Shown piece by piece: positions 1 through 9,773 of a DNA stretch of 64,000 nucleotides. The stretch lies in the NCBI GenBank assembly GCA_963662945.1, contig OY759974.1, positions 288,001 to 352,000 of the forward strand. Reading direction: 5' to 3'. The first letter of the stretch is position 1, and each line of letters begins with the position of its first letter. This DNA comes from Arcobacteraceae bacterium. GTDB lineage: Bacteria; Campylobacterota; Campylobacteria; Campylobacterales; Arcobacteraceae. The position numbers and the translations under genes were made by a program. Under the pieces are notes generated by a model. It saw nothing but the letters and a program-made list of their open reading frames with translations. It did no database searches and was not told where the DNA came from.

Positions 1-186
1 TGATACAAATAAGTTTTCAAGATTTTTCATTTGATCATAATCACCTGAAAAAACAAAAGATCTATCTTTTCTAAATTTCCAATCATTATGATCTTCATAA
101 ATTGTTTGATATAAATTTGTTGTTAGTCCAATTTTAAATGATGAACTATCACTTTTTATTAATACATATACAAATGTGTTTTTCAT
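1..186 (-). CDS. GIY-YIG/T5orf172-like nuclease, N-terminal part (runs off the left edge)
   Basis: My translation: MKNTFVYVLIKSDSSSFKIGLTTNLYQTIYEDH...; matches the VYvl...fKIGxTxNL pattern. AAGGA RBS upstream. Not in the ORF track. Confidence 0.6.
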   Translation of the reverse strand, partial: MKNTFVYVLIKSDSSSFKIGLTTNLYQTIYEDHNDWKFRKDRSFVFSGDYDQMKNLENLFVS

Positions 187-223
187 ATTTTTTCCTTTTA
201 GGAATTAGATGTAAGAAATAATC

Positions 224-2122
224 TTACAATCCTAATTCATCTAATTTTGATTTTGGCTGCTCAACTGGTGGAATTTTATTTGAAGTTTTTTCTTCAATTT
301 TTTCTTGTTGATCATTATTTTGTTCAACAACTTGTCCACCACCATTTGAAGTTGGTTTTGTATCTTCAGATTTTTTATTTTGATTTTTAATTAGATTTGA
401 AATATCTAAATCATTTCTTGGAATAAATCCTTTTGCAATTTGAGGATAATTATCTTCATCAGTAAATTTCTTTTCAATTAAAGCCCAATCATAAGAACCA
501 TTTAGATAATAATATGTATTCTTTTTTAATTGTCCTAATTCAGAAGGTAGAATTGCTTTTTCAACTTTTTCACTTGTTGTATAACTTGATCCTTCTCTTG
601 ATGCTTGATTTTCTGCACCTGTTGAAGTTGTCATTGAAGTTGATTGAACTTTTCCATCACCAATGATGTTTGCACAAAATTCTCTTGTATCAGGATCACC
701 CAATTTAAAAATCAATTTACTTGAACAAGAACCTACAATTGCAAGTGCTAATTCTTTTCCATATATACTTGTCATTTTTCCAAAATCTTGAATACCTAAC
801 CAAAATGCACCACCTAAACTTCTTGCTAAAAGAACACCTTGAATAATTGAAGGAATCTTTTTTAACATTCCTAATTCATCTAAAATAAAATAAACTCTTC
901 TTGTATCACTATCTGAAAAAGATAATAATGTTTTAATTATTGAATCAACAAATACTGCAATTCTTGTTGAGTTTAATTCATCATTCTTAACATCATTTAC
1001 TAAGAAGATTGTTGAGTGTCCATCTTCACATTGTAACCATTCTTCTAAATCTAATTCTTCCCCATCATTAGAATCAGGTAATGATGTAAAGAACCCAACT
1101 TTTGATCTAAAATTACTCATAAAGATACCTGCTTGACTTTCAGAAGATGTTAAATGTCCATAAGCAATTTCTGCCCCTTGAACACCTTCAAGTTTATTAG
1201 CAAGTTGAGATGGACTTAATTTGATAAGTTGTTTAACTACTATATTTGTTTTCTTATCATTTACAATACAATATATTAAAATACCTTTTAATATATCCCT
1301 TGCTGTATCAGTCCATATTGTATCTTTTTCATCAGGGTTTCTTGTAATAATTGATGCAATCATTGAATCAATATCATCAATTAATTTGATCATAGAAAAT
1401 ATATTAAAATTCAAACTTCTTGAATCTGAAAAGTTAAATATATAATCTGTTTCAGGATTATAAAATCTTTCAATCCAATCAAATTTTACTGTGTGAACTA
1501 AATATCTTCCATAAGATCTTTTTTTTCTTAATTCTCTATAAAATTGATTAAGTGCAACTGTTTTTCCTGAACCTGCTGATCCAAATAATATTGCATGAGA
1601 AGTTTCAGTTTCCTGATCAACTTTAATATTATTTGTAATAGTAACACCTTCAATTTTATCTTTCTTTTGAAGTTCTTCAAGTTGTTTTTCTGTTAGAGTT
1701 TTTGATCCTTTAAGATGTTGATCTTCTAAAACTTTATTTGCAAATTTATTAGCAATTATTTTTTTAAGATAAATTGTTGTTGCAAATATTACAAAAAACA
1801 ATGAAAGAAATATTGTTAAAAGAAGATCAATATTATCCATAATTTTTGGTAAGAAATGTTCATATGCTCCTCTTGTTGAAACTAATTCACCTCTTAACAT
1901 CATATTATCTTGAAATGTAAATGTTGATTTTAAAACTGCTTCAAAATATAAAAGATTGATCTTCTCTGTTGGAAAAAAAGCACCAACAATATATAAAACT
2001 AATATTGCTCCAACTATTCCTGCAATTGCAGGATATAGTAAATGTTTTTGCCCTCTTGATATTGAATTATCAACAACATCAAATTGAGCAACTGTACTAA
2101 ATTTTTTTTGATTTTTTATCAT
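224..2122 (-). CDS. Type IV coupling protein (TrwB/TraD family)
   Basis: Two N-terminal TM segments, Walker A GSAGSGKT, Walker B FILDELG, ARSLGGAFWLGIQD and typical C-terminal PSELGQL motif. Confidence 0.9.
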   Translation of the reverse strand: MIKNQKKFSTVAQFDVVDNSISRGQKHLLYPAIAGIVGAILVLYIVGAFFPTEKINLLYFEAVLKSTFTFQDNMMLRGELVSTRGAYEHFLPKIMDNIDLLLTIFLSLFFVIFATTIYLKKIIANKFANKVLEDQHLKGSKTLTEKQLEELQKKDKIEGVTITNNIKVDQETETSHAILFGSAGSGKTVALNQFYRELRKKRSYGRYLVHTVKFDWIERFYNPETDYIFNFSDSRSLNFNIFSMIKLIDDIDSMIASIITRNPDEKDTIWTDTARDILKGILIYCIVNDKKTNIVVKQLIKLSPSQLANKLEGVQGAEIAYGHLTSSESQAGIFMSNFRSKVGFFTSLPDSNDGEELDLEEWLQCEDGHSTIFLVNDVKNDELNSTRIAVFVDSIIKTLLSFSDSDTRRVYFILDELGMLKKIPSIIQGVLLARSLGGAFWLGIQDFGKMTSIYGKELALAIVGSCSSKLIFKLGDPDTREFCANIIGDGKVQSTSMTTSTGAENQASREGSSYTTSEKVEKAILPSELGQLKKNTYYYLNGSYDWALIEKKFTDEDNYPQIAKGFIPRNDLDISNLIKNQNKKSEDTKPTSNGGGQVVEQNNDQQEKIEEKTSNKIPPVEQPKSKLDELGL

Positions 2123-2133
2123 AATTTTTTCCT

Positions 2134-2667
2134 TTAAAATCTGTAAGTTTCAACAATACCTTCTAATAAATCTTCAAATGGTAATGTGTGTTTCTCTGAA
2201 GAATTTGTTATTGGTAATTTTGCTACTGATATTTCATTTTGATTGATGTTTGTTATTGCAAGTAAATTGTTTTTAGCTGTAATAATTACATCACCTTTTT
2301 TATAAGAAGAAACATTTTGTTTTTCTTGATCTGTTAATTTTAATTCATACATTTTTTGAAATAAAAAAACTTCTGCATCATTTAATCTTTTAGTATCAAG
2401 ACTATTTATTAAATTTCTCATTGATGTTTCAAAAATATCTCCCATAGTATTTTTAATATCATTTATAGATTTTTTATTTTCATAACTTAACTTTTGAATT
2501 TCCTGTTCAAAATTAATATTGCTTGTATTTTGATTGTTATTTGGATTTAAGATTTGATTTTTAATCAAATGTTTCTTATCAATACCTGTTTCTTTTTCTA
2601 TCTGATCAAATAGATCTGCTTCTTCTATTGATAATCTGATTGATACTACTTTTGTATTAGCACTCAT
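2134..2667 (-). CDS. Ribbon-helix-helix relaxosome accessory protein (TrwA-like position)
   Basis: N-terminal VVSIRLSIEEADLFDQIEKETG resembles an RHH domain. Lies between the oriT-like region and the T4CP. Confidence 0.55.
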   Translation of the reverse strand: MSANTKVVSIRLSIEEADLFDQIEKETGIDKKHLIKNQILNPNNNQNTSNINFEQEIQKLSYENKKSINDIKNTMGDIFETSMRNLINSLDTKRLNDAEVFLFQKMYELKLTDQEKQNVSSYKKGDVIITAKNNLLAITNINQNEISVAKLPITNSSEKHTLPFEDLLEGIVETYRF

Positions 2668-2769
2668 AATAATTTTTTCCTTTAAAATTTAATTTGTTGA
2701 AATAATTCAACTTACTTTGTTATATGAAAAATTAAAATTATTTTTACTTTTTGTGTTTTTTAATAAAAT

Positions 2770-3115
2770 TTTGTTGTAAACATTGATTTAATCCACAAAT
2801 AGGAAGCTAATAAGGGGTAAAAAAGTGAAATGTTTACACTTTTATAGTGTAAACACTAAAATCATCAAATATAGGAATTATGGGGTTTTTAGAGAATTTT
2901 GATAATCATCAAAATATAGCTAATTATTAGGAATTAGTGGCTTTACTTGTGTAAACAAGGTACAAACCCCCTGTTGGGAGTCTTGTACCTTCTCTAAATT
3001 AGAAAATCATTTATGATTTTCAGCATCTTGAAAAGATGCCATATATTCTCAAAATGAGAATGACAAACTCTCAACATATTCTCAAAATAAGAATGTTTAA
3101 CCTATCTAATTCCTA
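2770..3115. other. Putative origin of transfer (oriT) region
   Basis: Non-coding, with tandem inverted repeats: TGTTTACACT/AGTGTAAACA 2831-2855, AAGGTACAA/TTGTACCTT 2957-2991, GAAAATCAT/ATGATTTTC 3002-3021, GCATCTT/AAGATGC 3023-3039, ATTCTCA/TGAGAAT 3045-3061. Repeated TGTAAACA and TAGGAATTA. Confidence 0.6.
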
Positions 3116-3524
3116 TAAAACAAATAAAAAAAAGATTTATAAATCTGATTAAAACTTTTTTATTACAAAATATATTCATTGAAAGTGTTTTAAAATTTAA
3201 TCATAAGAGAGACAAGCCAATAGTGAAAAACTTTTTAAAAAAAACTTTTGAATAATTGGAAATATTTTATTATTAAACTCAATACTTTCAATTAATATCA
3301 TTTTCATAATATATTTGAAATTCAAATATGTAATATTTAGAATGAATATAGTTTTGGTTAGTTTAAATAGTTGATTAGTTTGTTTGAATAAGGGGTTCAT
3401 CCCCTGAAAAGAAACCTTTTGGTTCTGATCAAAAAAGATTTTGAAAAGATAAGAAAATTTCTAAAAGAAATTTAATTAGCTTTGGTTTGTAGCTATGCTT
3501 TATCTAATTATTATTTTATCTTTT

Positions 3525-4235
3525 CTAAATTTGCATCATTGCTTTGAATGTATTATTTGATATTTGTGAATATTTATTTTCAGCATTATCACTTTTTAAA
3601 TATGATAAAAATTTATCAAGTGGTATTGTTGTTAATTTATTTGAATTTTTACTTTTCAAATGAACTTGAATAATATTTTTACTTTCAGTAATTATAAATA
3701 ATGGAATATCTGTAGGTTTAGTTTTTACTATTTTTCTTAATGAATATTTTGTTGTTTTCTTTAATCCATAAATAAAACTAACTGGTTTCACTTGAATACC
3801 AATTTTTATATCTCCATCAATTAAAAAATCTATACCTTTTTGACAATCTTCATCAGGATTTGAATGTGATATTGTATATCCTGTTGGTAAATGAAAATTT
3901 AATTCATCAAATACTTTCTGTTCTCTTTTAATCCCTATGAATGATTTGTTAATGAATGTTTCTGTTACATATTCTTTTAATGTGTTGTAATTGATACTCT
4001 TTTCAAATTGTTGCCATTTATTTGTTCTTTCTTCAATAAATGATGATAAGTCTTTTTTGATTTTTTTCATTAAATATTTATTATAAAACTCAATAAATAT
4101 TTCTTTTGTAATTTGATTTAGATTATATTCTTTTAATATTTCTTGAGCAACTTCCATTACATAAAATCCACAATCTATTGGTGAATTGATTTTATATTTG
4201 TTAAATGATTGGTTTATTTGATATGAACTTGTCAT
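3525..4235 (-). CDS. MjaI-family-like PD-(D/E)xK restriction endonuclease
   Basis: KSFIGIKRE...DEDCQKGIDFLI...IGIQVKP resembles the MjaI family core motifs. Confidence 0.65.
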   Translation of the reverse strand: MTSSYQINQSFNKYKINSPIDCGFYVMEVAQEILKEYNLNQITKEIFIEFYNKYLMKKIKKDLSSFIEERTNKWQQFEKSINYNTLKEYVTETFINKSFIGIKREQKVFDELNFHLPTGYTISHSNPDEDCQKGIDFLIDGDIKIGIQVKPVSFIYGLKKTTKYSLRKIVKTKPTDIPLFIITESKNIIQVHLKSKNSNKLTTIPLDKFLSYLKSDNAENKYSQISNNTFKAMMQI

Positions 4236-4342
4236 AATCTTGTTTCCTTGTGTTTTAAAATTTGTTATACACTGTTATAAGACAAACTTTTCAGAAAAAA
4301 TATTTTTAATACTTTTTATTAAATGATTTTGATTAGGAAAAA

Positions 4343-4377
4343 TTAGGCATAAAAAAACCTCTCAAAAGAGAGGTTAT
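4343..4377 (-). terminator. Intrinsic terminator
   Basis: AACCTCTC-aaaa-GAGAGGTT hairpin with a U-tract on the minus strand, just after the stop at 4381. Confidence 0.8.
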
Positions 4378-4380
4378 GAA

Positions 4381-4797
4381 TTAACAAAAATATTTATTAT
4401 AGATTAGATGAATTAAAATATTTTTTATATTTTCATCAATATGATTAGATAGATCAATATCTTCATTGAAAAAAGATTCAAGAGTTTCTAAAAGAAGTTC
4501 TCTTTCTTCTTGATCATTTGTAAGATCACCAAGTAATGTTTCAATATTAAATTGTATATTGAATGAAAAATGTTTACCTATTACTGTAATAGAATCATCT
4601 TGTTGAATAAAACTTGCTCTATCATAATCTTCAATGATAGTATTAATTAAATGATCAAATGTTAATCCATCTTCATTTACATTAATTAGTTCTTCATAAG
4701 TTAATCCTGTATTTATTAGATCAATTAATTGTTCTTTAGAAAAACCAATACCAATTAAAAAACTGAATTGTTCTTTTGTTAAAATATTATTCTTCAA
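4381..4797 (-). CDS. Small acidic hypothetical protein
   Basis: ORF track starts at 4839; a TTG at 4797 has an AAGGA RBS and is the better start. About 26 D/E versus 8 K/R by hand count. Confidence 0.7.
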   Translation of the reverse strand: MKNNILTKEQFSFLIGIGFSKEQLIDLINTGLTYEELINVNEDGLTFDHLINTIIEDYDRASFIQQDDSITVIGKHFSFNIQFNIETLLGDLTNDQEERELLLETLESFFNEDIDLSNHIDENIKNILIHLIYNKYFC

Positions 4798-4943
4798 TTT
4801 TTTTATCCTTTTATTTGATTTGATCAAATTAATGACCATTATTGGTTATAGGTAGGTAAATACTAAAAAAAGAAGAATAAAAAAATCCCCACTTAATTAA
4901 AAGTGAGGATAACTTGTTATTTGTTTTATCAAAATGCTATATT

Positions 4944-5102
4944 CTAATCTATCAAATCATAGAGATCATATTTATTTAATAATATGAATTGATCTTCACC
5001 ACTTTCTAAATTCTCTAATGCAAAATTTCTTAAAATTGGATCATTTACATTAAATACTAATTTTGTTAATTCCCATATTTCTTTTTCTAAATTTTCTTTC
5101 AT
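4944..5102 (-). CDS. 52-aa acidic hypothetical protein
   Basis: My translation: MKENLEKEIWELTKLVFNVNDPILRNFALENLESGEDQFILLNKYDLYDLID. Has the AAGGAAACAAAATT leader shared with its neighbours and a hairpin downstream near 4885-4910. Confidence 0.6.
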   Translation of the reverse strand: MKENLEKEIWELTKLVFNVNDPILRNFALENLESGEDQFILLNKYDLYDLID

Positions 5103-5169
5103 AATTTTGTTTCCTTTAAATTTAATTTGATCATTTGATCTACAATGTTATATAAATAAATATTTATAA

Positions 5170-5529
5170 TTATGCAACTTCTAATTCTAATTCATCAATT
5201 AGATTATCTAATGTAGTTGGTGCATATTTAATTTGATCCATTGGATGAATTTCAAGTTGAACATTTTGTTTTTCTTTCATTCTTTTTTCTTCAATTAAAT
5301 CCATTTCTGCAATTAATGCTTCTTCTAATGAATTGAAACCCCAAAACTCAAATGTATATTCAGGTGATCCAAAACTTCTTCCATAACCTGCTAATTTGAT
5401 ATATGTTGCTTCTTTTGATCCTTCAATAATTTTATATAAAATTGAAATATTTTCTTTAATTAATTGATTGTTAGTTGCTAAAACTATTCTGTCTTGTGAA
5501 TTTGTAAATGTGTTTATTTTTGTTTTCAT
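5170..5529 (-). CDS. Hypothetical protein
   Basis: 119-aa ORF; 5' leader identical to that of 3525-4235. Confidence 0.7.
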   Translation of the reverse strand: MKTKINTFTNSQDRIVLATNNQLIKENISILYKIIEGSKEATYIKLAGYGRSFGSPEYTFEFWGFNSLEEALIAEMDLIEEKRMKEKQNVQLEIHPMDQIKYAPTTLDNLIDELELEVA

Positions 5530-5684
5530 AATCTTGTTTCCTTGTGTTTTTAAAATTTTTAATATTGAGTTAATCCTTATTAACTTCTTACTTATAATAT
5601 ATAATTTTTTATATTATTTTTCAAGTATTTAATAGAAAATATTAAAGAATTTTGAAATTTCTTTTAGGGAAAAAATATGAGTGA

Positions 5685-7406
5685 TTAGAAGTTAGTTTGA
5701 GTGAAATATTTTTGATCAGGAATAAAAGGGATTATATCATTTTCATTAAATTGATAATCTAAATCAAATATGTTTAAATCTTTTTTGAGTTTAAACTTTG
5801 GATATATATTATTTTCATATCTATAAACATTAAATAGTTCAACACCATTTTTTGATCTTGTAATAATTCTTCTTGGGGTTGATGTATCAATATCAATATC
5901 TTGTAAATGATAATAGAAAAATTCTATCTGATCAAGTTTTAATAATTTCTTTTCTAATATAGTATCATCATTATAATACTCTTGAAATAATTTATCTTCT
6001 AAATATTTCATAAATACTTCTATATCTTGTTCTTTTGATTTCATATATTCATATGATGCTTCTTTATCCATATTAAAAATTGATAATAAGATATATTTGT
6101 TATTGATTATATATTTATCTAAATATTTAATCTCTAAAACTTTTTCACTTCTTTTATGAGGATTATCAACATATTCATCATATTTACTTCTATTTTTTTT
6201 ATTATCAATTTTATTTTTATAAAAATGTTTAATTGCTATTGACATACTTTTATAATTATGATGTTTTTTAAATTTGATAATTTCAAAATAATTAGTAAAA
6301 ATATCTATAAGAGGAAAAAGAAAAAACATACTTCTTTCTAATTTTGTAGTAATAACTTTTAATTGATGATATGTTGATAATTTATCAGCAATATTTGTAA
6401 GAGCATCTTTTAATTCTTCAATTGTTTCTTTTGAATGATATGTTTGAAGTAAATATTCAGGATCATTCATTTTTTCTTGATATTCAGATTTCTCTTTTAA
6501 TTTTATATTTTGTTCTTCTAATGAAAGTGGATTACCAAAATCATCAAGGAAATAATATTCAGGTGATTTTTTTTCTGAATCAAAATGATAATATTTATTA
6601 CCATTATCACTTTCAATATAATCTGTTTCATAATCAATTGAATAAAGATTTTCTAAATTAGTATAAAGTTGTCTATATGGAGCATAATATTTTCTTTGCC
6701 ATTTTTTTAAATGATCATTAGTAAAAATATTTATTTCTTTAATATCTGAAATAATCATATCAAGTTCATTTGATGCAATACTAATATTTTTAATATGTTG
6801 ATTGTTAATTTTAGTTCTTTGAAAATTTGAAGTAAATTCTTTATATTTTTCAATTCTATTTTCTATAATATTTAATTTATTGAGAATCATTGTATATATT
6901 TTTTTTGCATTAAACTCACTATTAATTATATTTGTTATTTCATTAATACAATAAGTTTTAGAATTTGAAAAAAAAGTATTATGATTTTCTTTATCATATT
7001 TTTTAATTAATTCTTTTAGTAGTGGAATATATGATGCTTTGATATTTGATAAGGTATTTATTTGATCACATATAAATTGTGTATTTTTTTTATTTTTAAA
7101 AGCAATAGAACTAATATATAGAATAATACTATTATTTGAAATTACATAATTATTATATTTATCTTCAATATTTTCTTTCATTTCAATACAATGATTTCCA
7201 TTATCTTTATTCAAATATAGAATTATATATTCAAATGTTTTATTTCTATAAAGGATATATTTTTGATCAGATTTAGAAACTTCTTTAAGGTTTTTGATCT
7301 CTTGTATTTTCTCAATATGATTTATCATTGTATTTATTACATCTGAAAAGTTTTTCAATGATGTTAATTCTTGTTTTGTCTTAATATAAGGTGTTCTTTT
7401 AGCCAT
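5685..7406 (-). CDS. Hypothetical protein (K/N/I/Y-rich)
   Basis: 573-aa open frame in very AT-rich DNA; no motif recognised. Confidence 0.65.
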   Translation of the reverse strand: MAKRTPYIKTKQELTSLKNFSDVINTMINHIEKIQEIKNLKEVSKSDQKYILYRNKTFEYIILYLNKDNGNHCIEMKENIEDKYNNYVISNNSIILYISSIAFKNKKNTQFICDQINTLSNIKASYIPLLKELIKKYDKENHNTFFSNSKTYCINEITNIINSEFNAKKIYTMILNKLNIIENRIEKYKEFTSNFQRTKINNQHIKNISIASNELDMIISDIKEINIFTNDHLKKWQRKYYAPYRQLYTNLENLYSIDYETDYIESDNGNKYYHFDSEKKSPEYYFLDDFGNPLSLEEQNIKLKEKSEYQEKMNDPEYLLQTYHSKETIEELKDALTNIADKLSTYHQLKVITTKLERSMFFLFPLIDIFTNYFEIIKFKKHHNYKSMSIAIKHFYKNKIDNKKNRSKYDEYVDNPHKRSEKVLEIKYLDKYIINNKYILLSIFNMDKEASYEYMKSKEQDIEVFMKYLEDKLFQEYYNDDTILEKKLLKLDQIEFFYYHLQDIDIDTSTPRRIITRSKNGVELFNVYRYENNIYPKFKLKKDLNIFDLDYQFNENDIIPFIPDQKYFTQTNF

Positions 7407-7559
7407 AAAGATATTTTCTCATAATTTACATAATAGCACCCTGACATATAGAATTTAATTAAATTAGTATCAGTAATAACTGTTAAAGTTGTATATGAAA
7501 AAAAAGTTTATAACTTTATTTTTTTGTTATTTAAAAACTTATTGTTAATAAGTTAAAGG

Positions 7560-7577
7560 TGAGTAAATATTTACTCA
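7560..7577. promoter_or_regulatory. Perfect 18-bp palindrome, possible operator in a divergent intergenic region
   Basis: TGAGTAAAT/ATTTACTCA, flanked by two shorter inverted repeats. Confidence 0.4.
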
Positions 7578-7618
7578 ACAAATATATGCACATTATTATG
7601 TGATAAAAGGAAAAAATT

Positions 7619-8287
7619 ATGAAAAAAATAATAAAAACAAAAGAAGAATTAAGAGATTTAATTTTAAGTGATGAACTTAATAATAATACATTGAATGACT
7701 ATGATTATAGTTCTATTACTGATATGAGTTTTATGTTTGCAGGTTGTAAAAATTTAACTACTATTCCAAAACTTGACACATCAAATGTAATTAATATGAG
7801 TTATATGTTTGCAAATTGTCATAGTTTAACAGAGATTCCAAAATTTGACACATCAAATGTCTCTTATATGGGTTTTATGTTTAAAGGTTGTAAAAATTTA
7901 ACTACTATCCCACAATTTGACACATCAAATGTAATTAATATGGGTTTTATGTTTTACAATTGTGAAAGTTTAACTACTATTCCAAAATTTGACACATCAA
8001 ATGTTGAATATATGAGTTATATGTTTTCAGATTGTGAAAGTTTAACAACTATCCCACAATTTGACACATCAAATGTCTTTGATATGAGTTTTATGTTTTC
8101 AGGTTGTAAAAGTTTAACAACTATCCCAAAACTTGACACATCAAATGTTGAAGATATGAGTTTTATGTTTTCAGATTGTGAAAGTTTAACTACTATCCCA
8201 CAATTTGACACATCAAATGTTGAAGATATGAGGTATATGTTTGAAGGTTGTCTTAGTTTGAAATCTATCCCACAATTTGACAATTAA
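7619..8287 (+). CDS. BspA-like/DUF285 leucine-rich repeat protein without signal peptide
   Basis: Seven full and one partial 24-aa repeat of the form MSFMFxxCxSLTTIPQFDTSNVxx. Confidence 0.9.
   Translation: MKKIIKTKEELRDLILSDELNNNTLNDYDYSSITDMSFMFAGCKNLTTIPKLDTSNVINMSYMFANCHSLTEIPKFDTSNVSYMGFMFKGCKNLTTIPQFDTSNVINMGFMFYNCESLTTIPKFDTSNVEYMSYMFSDCESLTTIPQFDTSNVFDMSFMFSGCKSLTTIPKLDTSNVEDMSFMFSDCESLTTIPQFDTSNVEDMRYMFEGCLSLKSIPQFDN
7724..8284 (+). repeat. 72-bp coding tandem repeat, about 7.8 copies
   Basis: GACACATCAAATGT recurs every 72 bp. Confidence 0.9.
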
Positions 8288-8662
8288 GGAAAAAATTTGA
8301 ATTAAAATTTGGGAAGATGAATGGTGTAGAGATATGGGTGAAAGTGAAGAATGTAATTATGGATAACAGTATTACAATAATTGAGTATCTGAATAAAGTT
8401 GTTGGGATAAGCCAATCTATTCTATTATCCTTGTGAAGAGAGTATTGCCAAATACTTAAATATTATCATAGAGATATGAAATATTTTTCTGATCAAAAAA
8501 ACAAACCAAATAATCCTCAATGGTGGAAAAAATGCTTCATAGCATTTTTGTAACCTTTGGTTTGTGATAGATAATTTAAAGATAGAAAAGGTAAATACCA
8601 TTTATATATATTAATATATATATGGTTTTTTAAAACAAATTAAAATTTAAAGGAAACAGATT

Positions 8663-9673
8663 ATGAAAAATATTAGTAAATTGATTGAAATAATCAAAAG
8701 AGAAACAGAAAGTAAAGTAAAAACAGATTATATATTTTTAGGGTATTACACTTTATATATGTATAAATTATTATTAAATATGTATAATCCTGAAATCAAA
8801 GAAAAAGATTTTTATAAATATTTTTATAGAACATTAAAACATACAGATGATAAAAATTCATTTATCATTAATAATGGTAAAAATGAAATAATTCTAAAAA
8901 ATAGTTTTAAATTAGGTGGTGCATTAGATGTATTAGCAGGTGTTGATATGATATTAGATCATTTTAAAAAAACATTAACTCAAAAGCAATATGATAAGAT
9001 AAAATATAATTGGGAATCATTAGGATTAATACAATTTAAAAAAGAACTTAAAACAAATAGAAATGGTTTAGAAAAAGTTATTAAAGCATATGATGAGATT
9101 GATCATCTTGGAATTGAAGATTTAATCAATATATATGAAAAATTAAATGTAAGTGATAGAACATATAATGATTTTTTTACTCCACCTGATATTTCTATAT
9201 TTGCTTCAAAATTAATGGTTCAAAAATATATTGACAATAATAAAAACAATAAAAAAGAAGTCAATTTTTGTGATATAGCTTGTGGTTGTGGTAGATTGTT
9301 ATATTATGGAATGATTGAATTAAAAAATAATGGTATTGATAATATAAGAATATTTGGAAATGATATTTATGAACCTGTATGTGTATTTACAAAATCAATA
9401 TTAGAATTAGTGAATTTTGGGAAAGTACATATTTTTCAAAGTGATGCACTAACATCTAAACTTCCACTTCCTAAAATGGATATACTTTTAGGTAATCCAC
9501 CTTTTGGTGGATCTTATGATAAAGATAAAATTTTAAATTTATCAAGATATAAAAAAGAAAATATGGGTATGGATATTCAATTTGAAAATATTGATTTATT
9601 AAGATTAAAAAAACTAACACCATTAAATGATATAGAATATACTGCAATTGAAAAAAATTATAGAGAAATCTAA
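8663..9673 (+). CDS. Orphan N6-adenine DNA methyltransferase (N-6 MTase fold)
   Basis: DFFTP, DIACGCGRLL (motif I) and NPPF (motif IV). Confidence 0.85.
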   Translation: MKNISKLIEIIKRETESKVKTDYIFLGYYTLYMYKLLLNMYNPEIKEKDFYKYFYRTLKHTDDKNSFIINNGKNEIILKNSFKLGGALDVLAGVDMILDHFKKTLTQKQYDKIKYNWESLGLIQFKKELKTNRNGLEKVIKAYDEIDHLGIEDLINIYEKLNVSDRTYNDFFTPPDISIFASKLMVQKYIDNNKNNKKEVNFCDIACGCGRLLYYGMIELKNNGIDNIRIFGNDIYEPVCVFTKSILELVNFGKVHIFQSDALTSKLPLPKMDILLGNPPFGGSYDKDKILNLSRYKKENMGMDIQFENIDLLRLKKLTPLNDIEYTAIEKNYREI

Positions 9674-9773
9674 CTTTTGAGTAAGTTATATATTTTTGAT
9701 CAGAAAAATATATAACAAAAAATGAAGTAAAGACTTCAAGACACATATTATTAATATAAAAAAGGATATTAAG

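Noticed and set aside
3197-3400. 67-aa ORF beside the oriT-like region
   Set aside because: No clear RBS or shared leader; low-complexity translation of AT-rich, hairpin-containing DNA.
7724-8284. 72-bp periodic repeat as a CRISPR array or DGR template
   Set aside because: In-frame coding repeats with no unique spacers; no cas or reverse transcriptase gene in the window.
8290-8555. Short ORF fragments after the DUF285 gene
   Set aside because: Competing short frames with internal stops; possibly a decayed gene, but nothing assignable.
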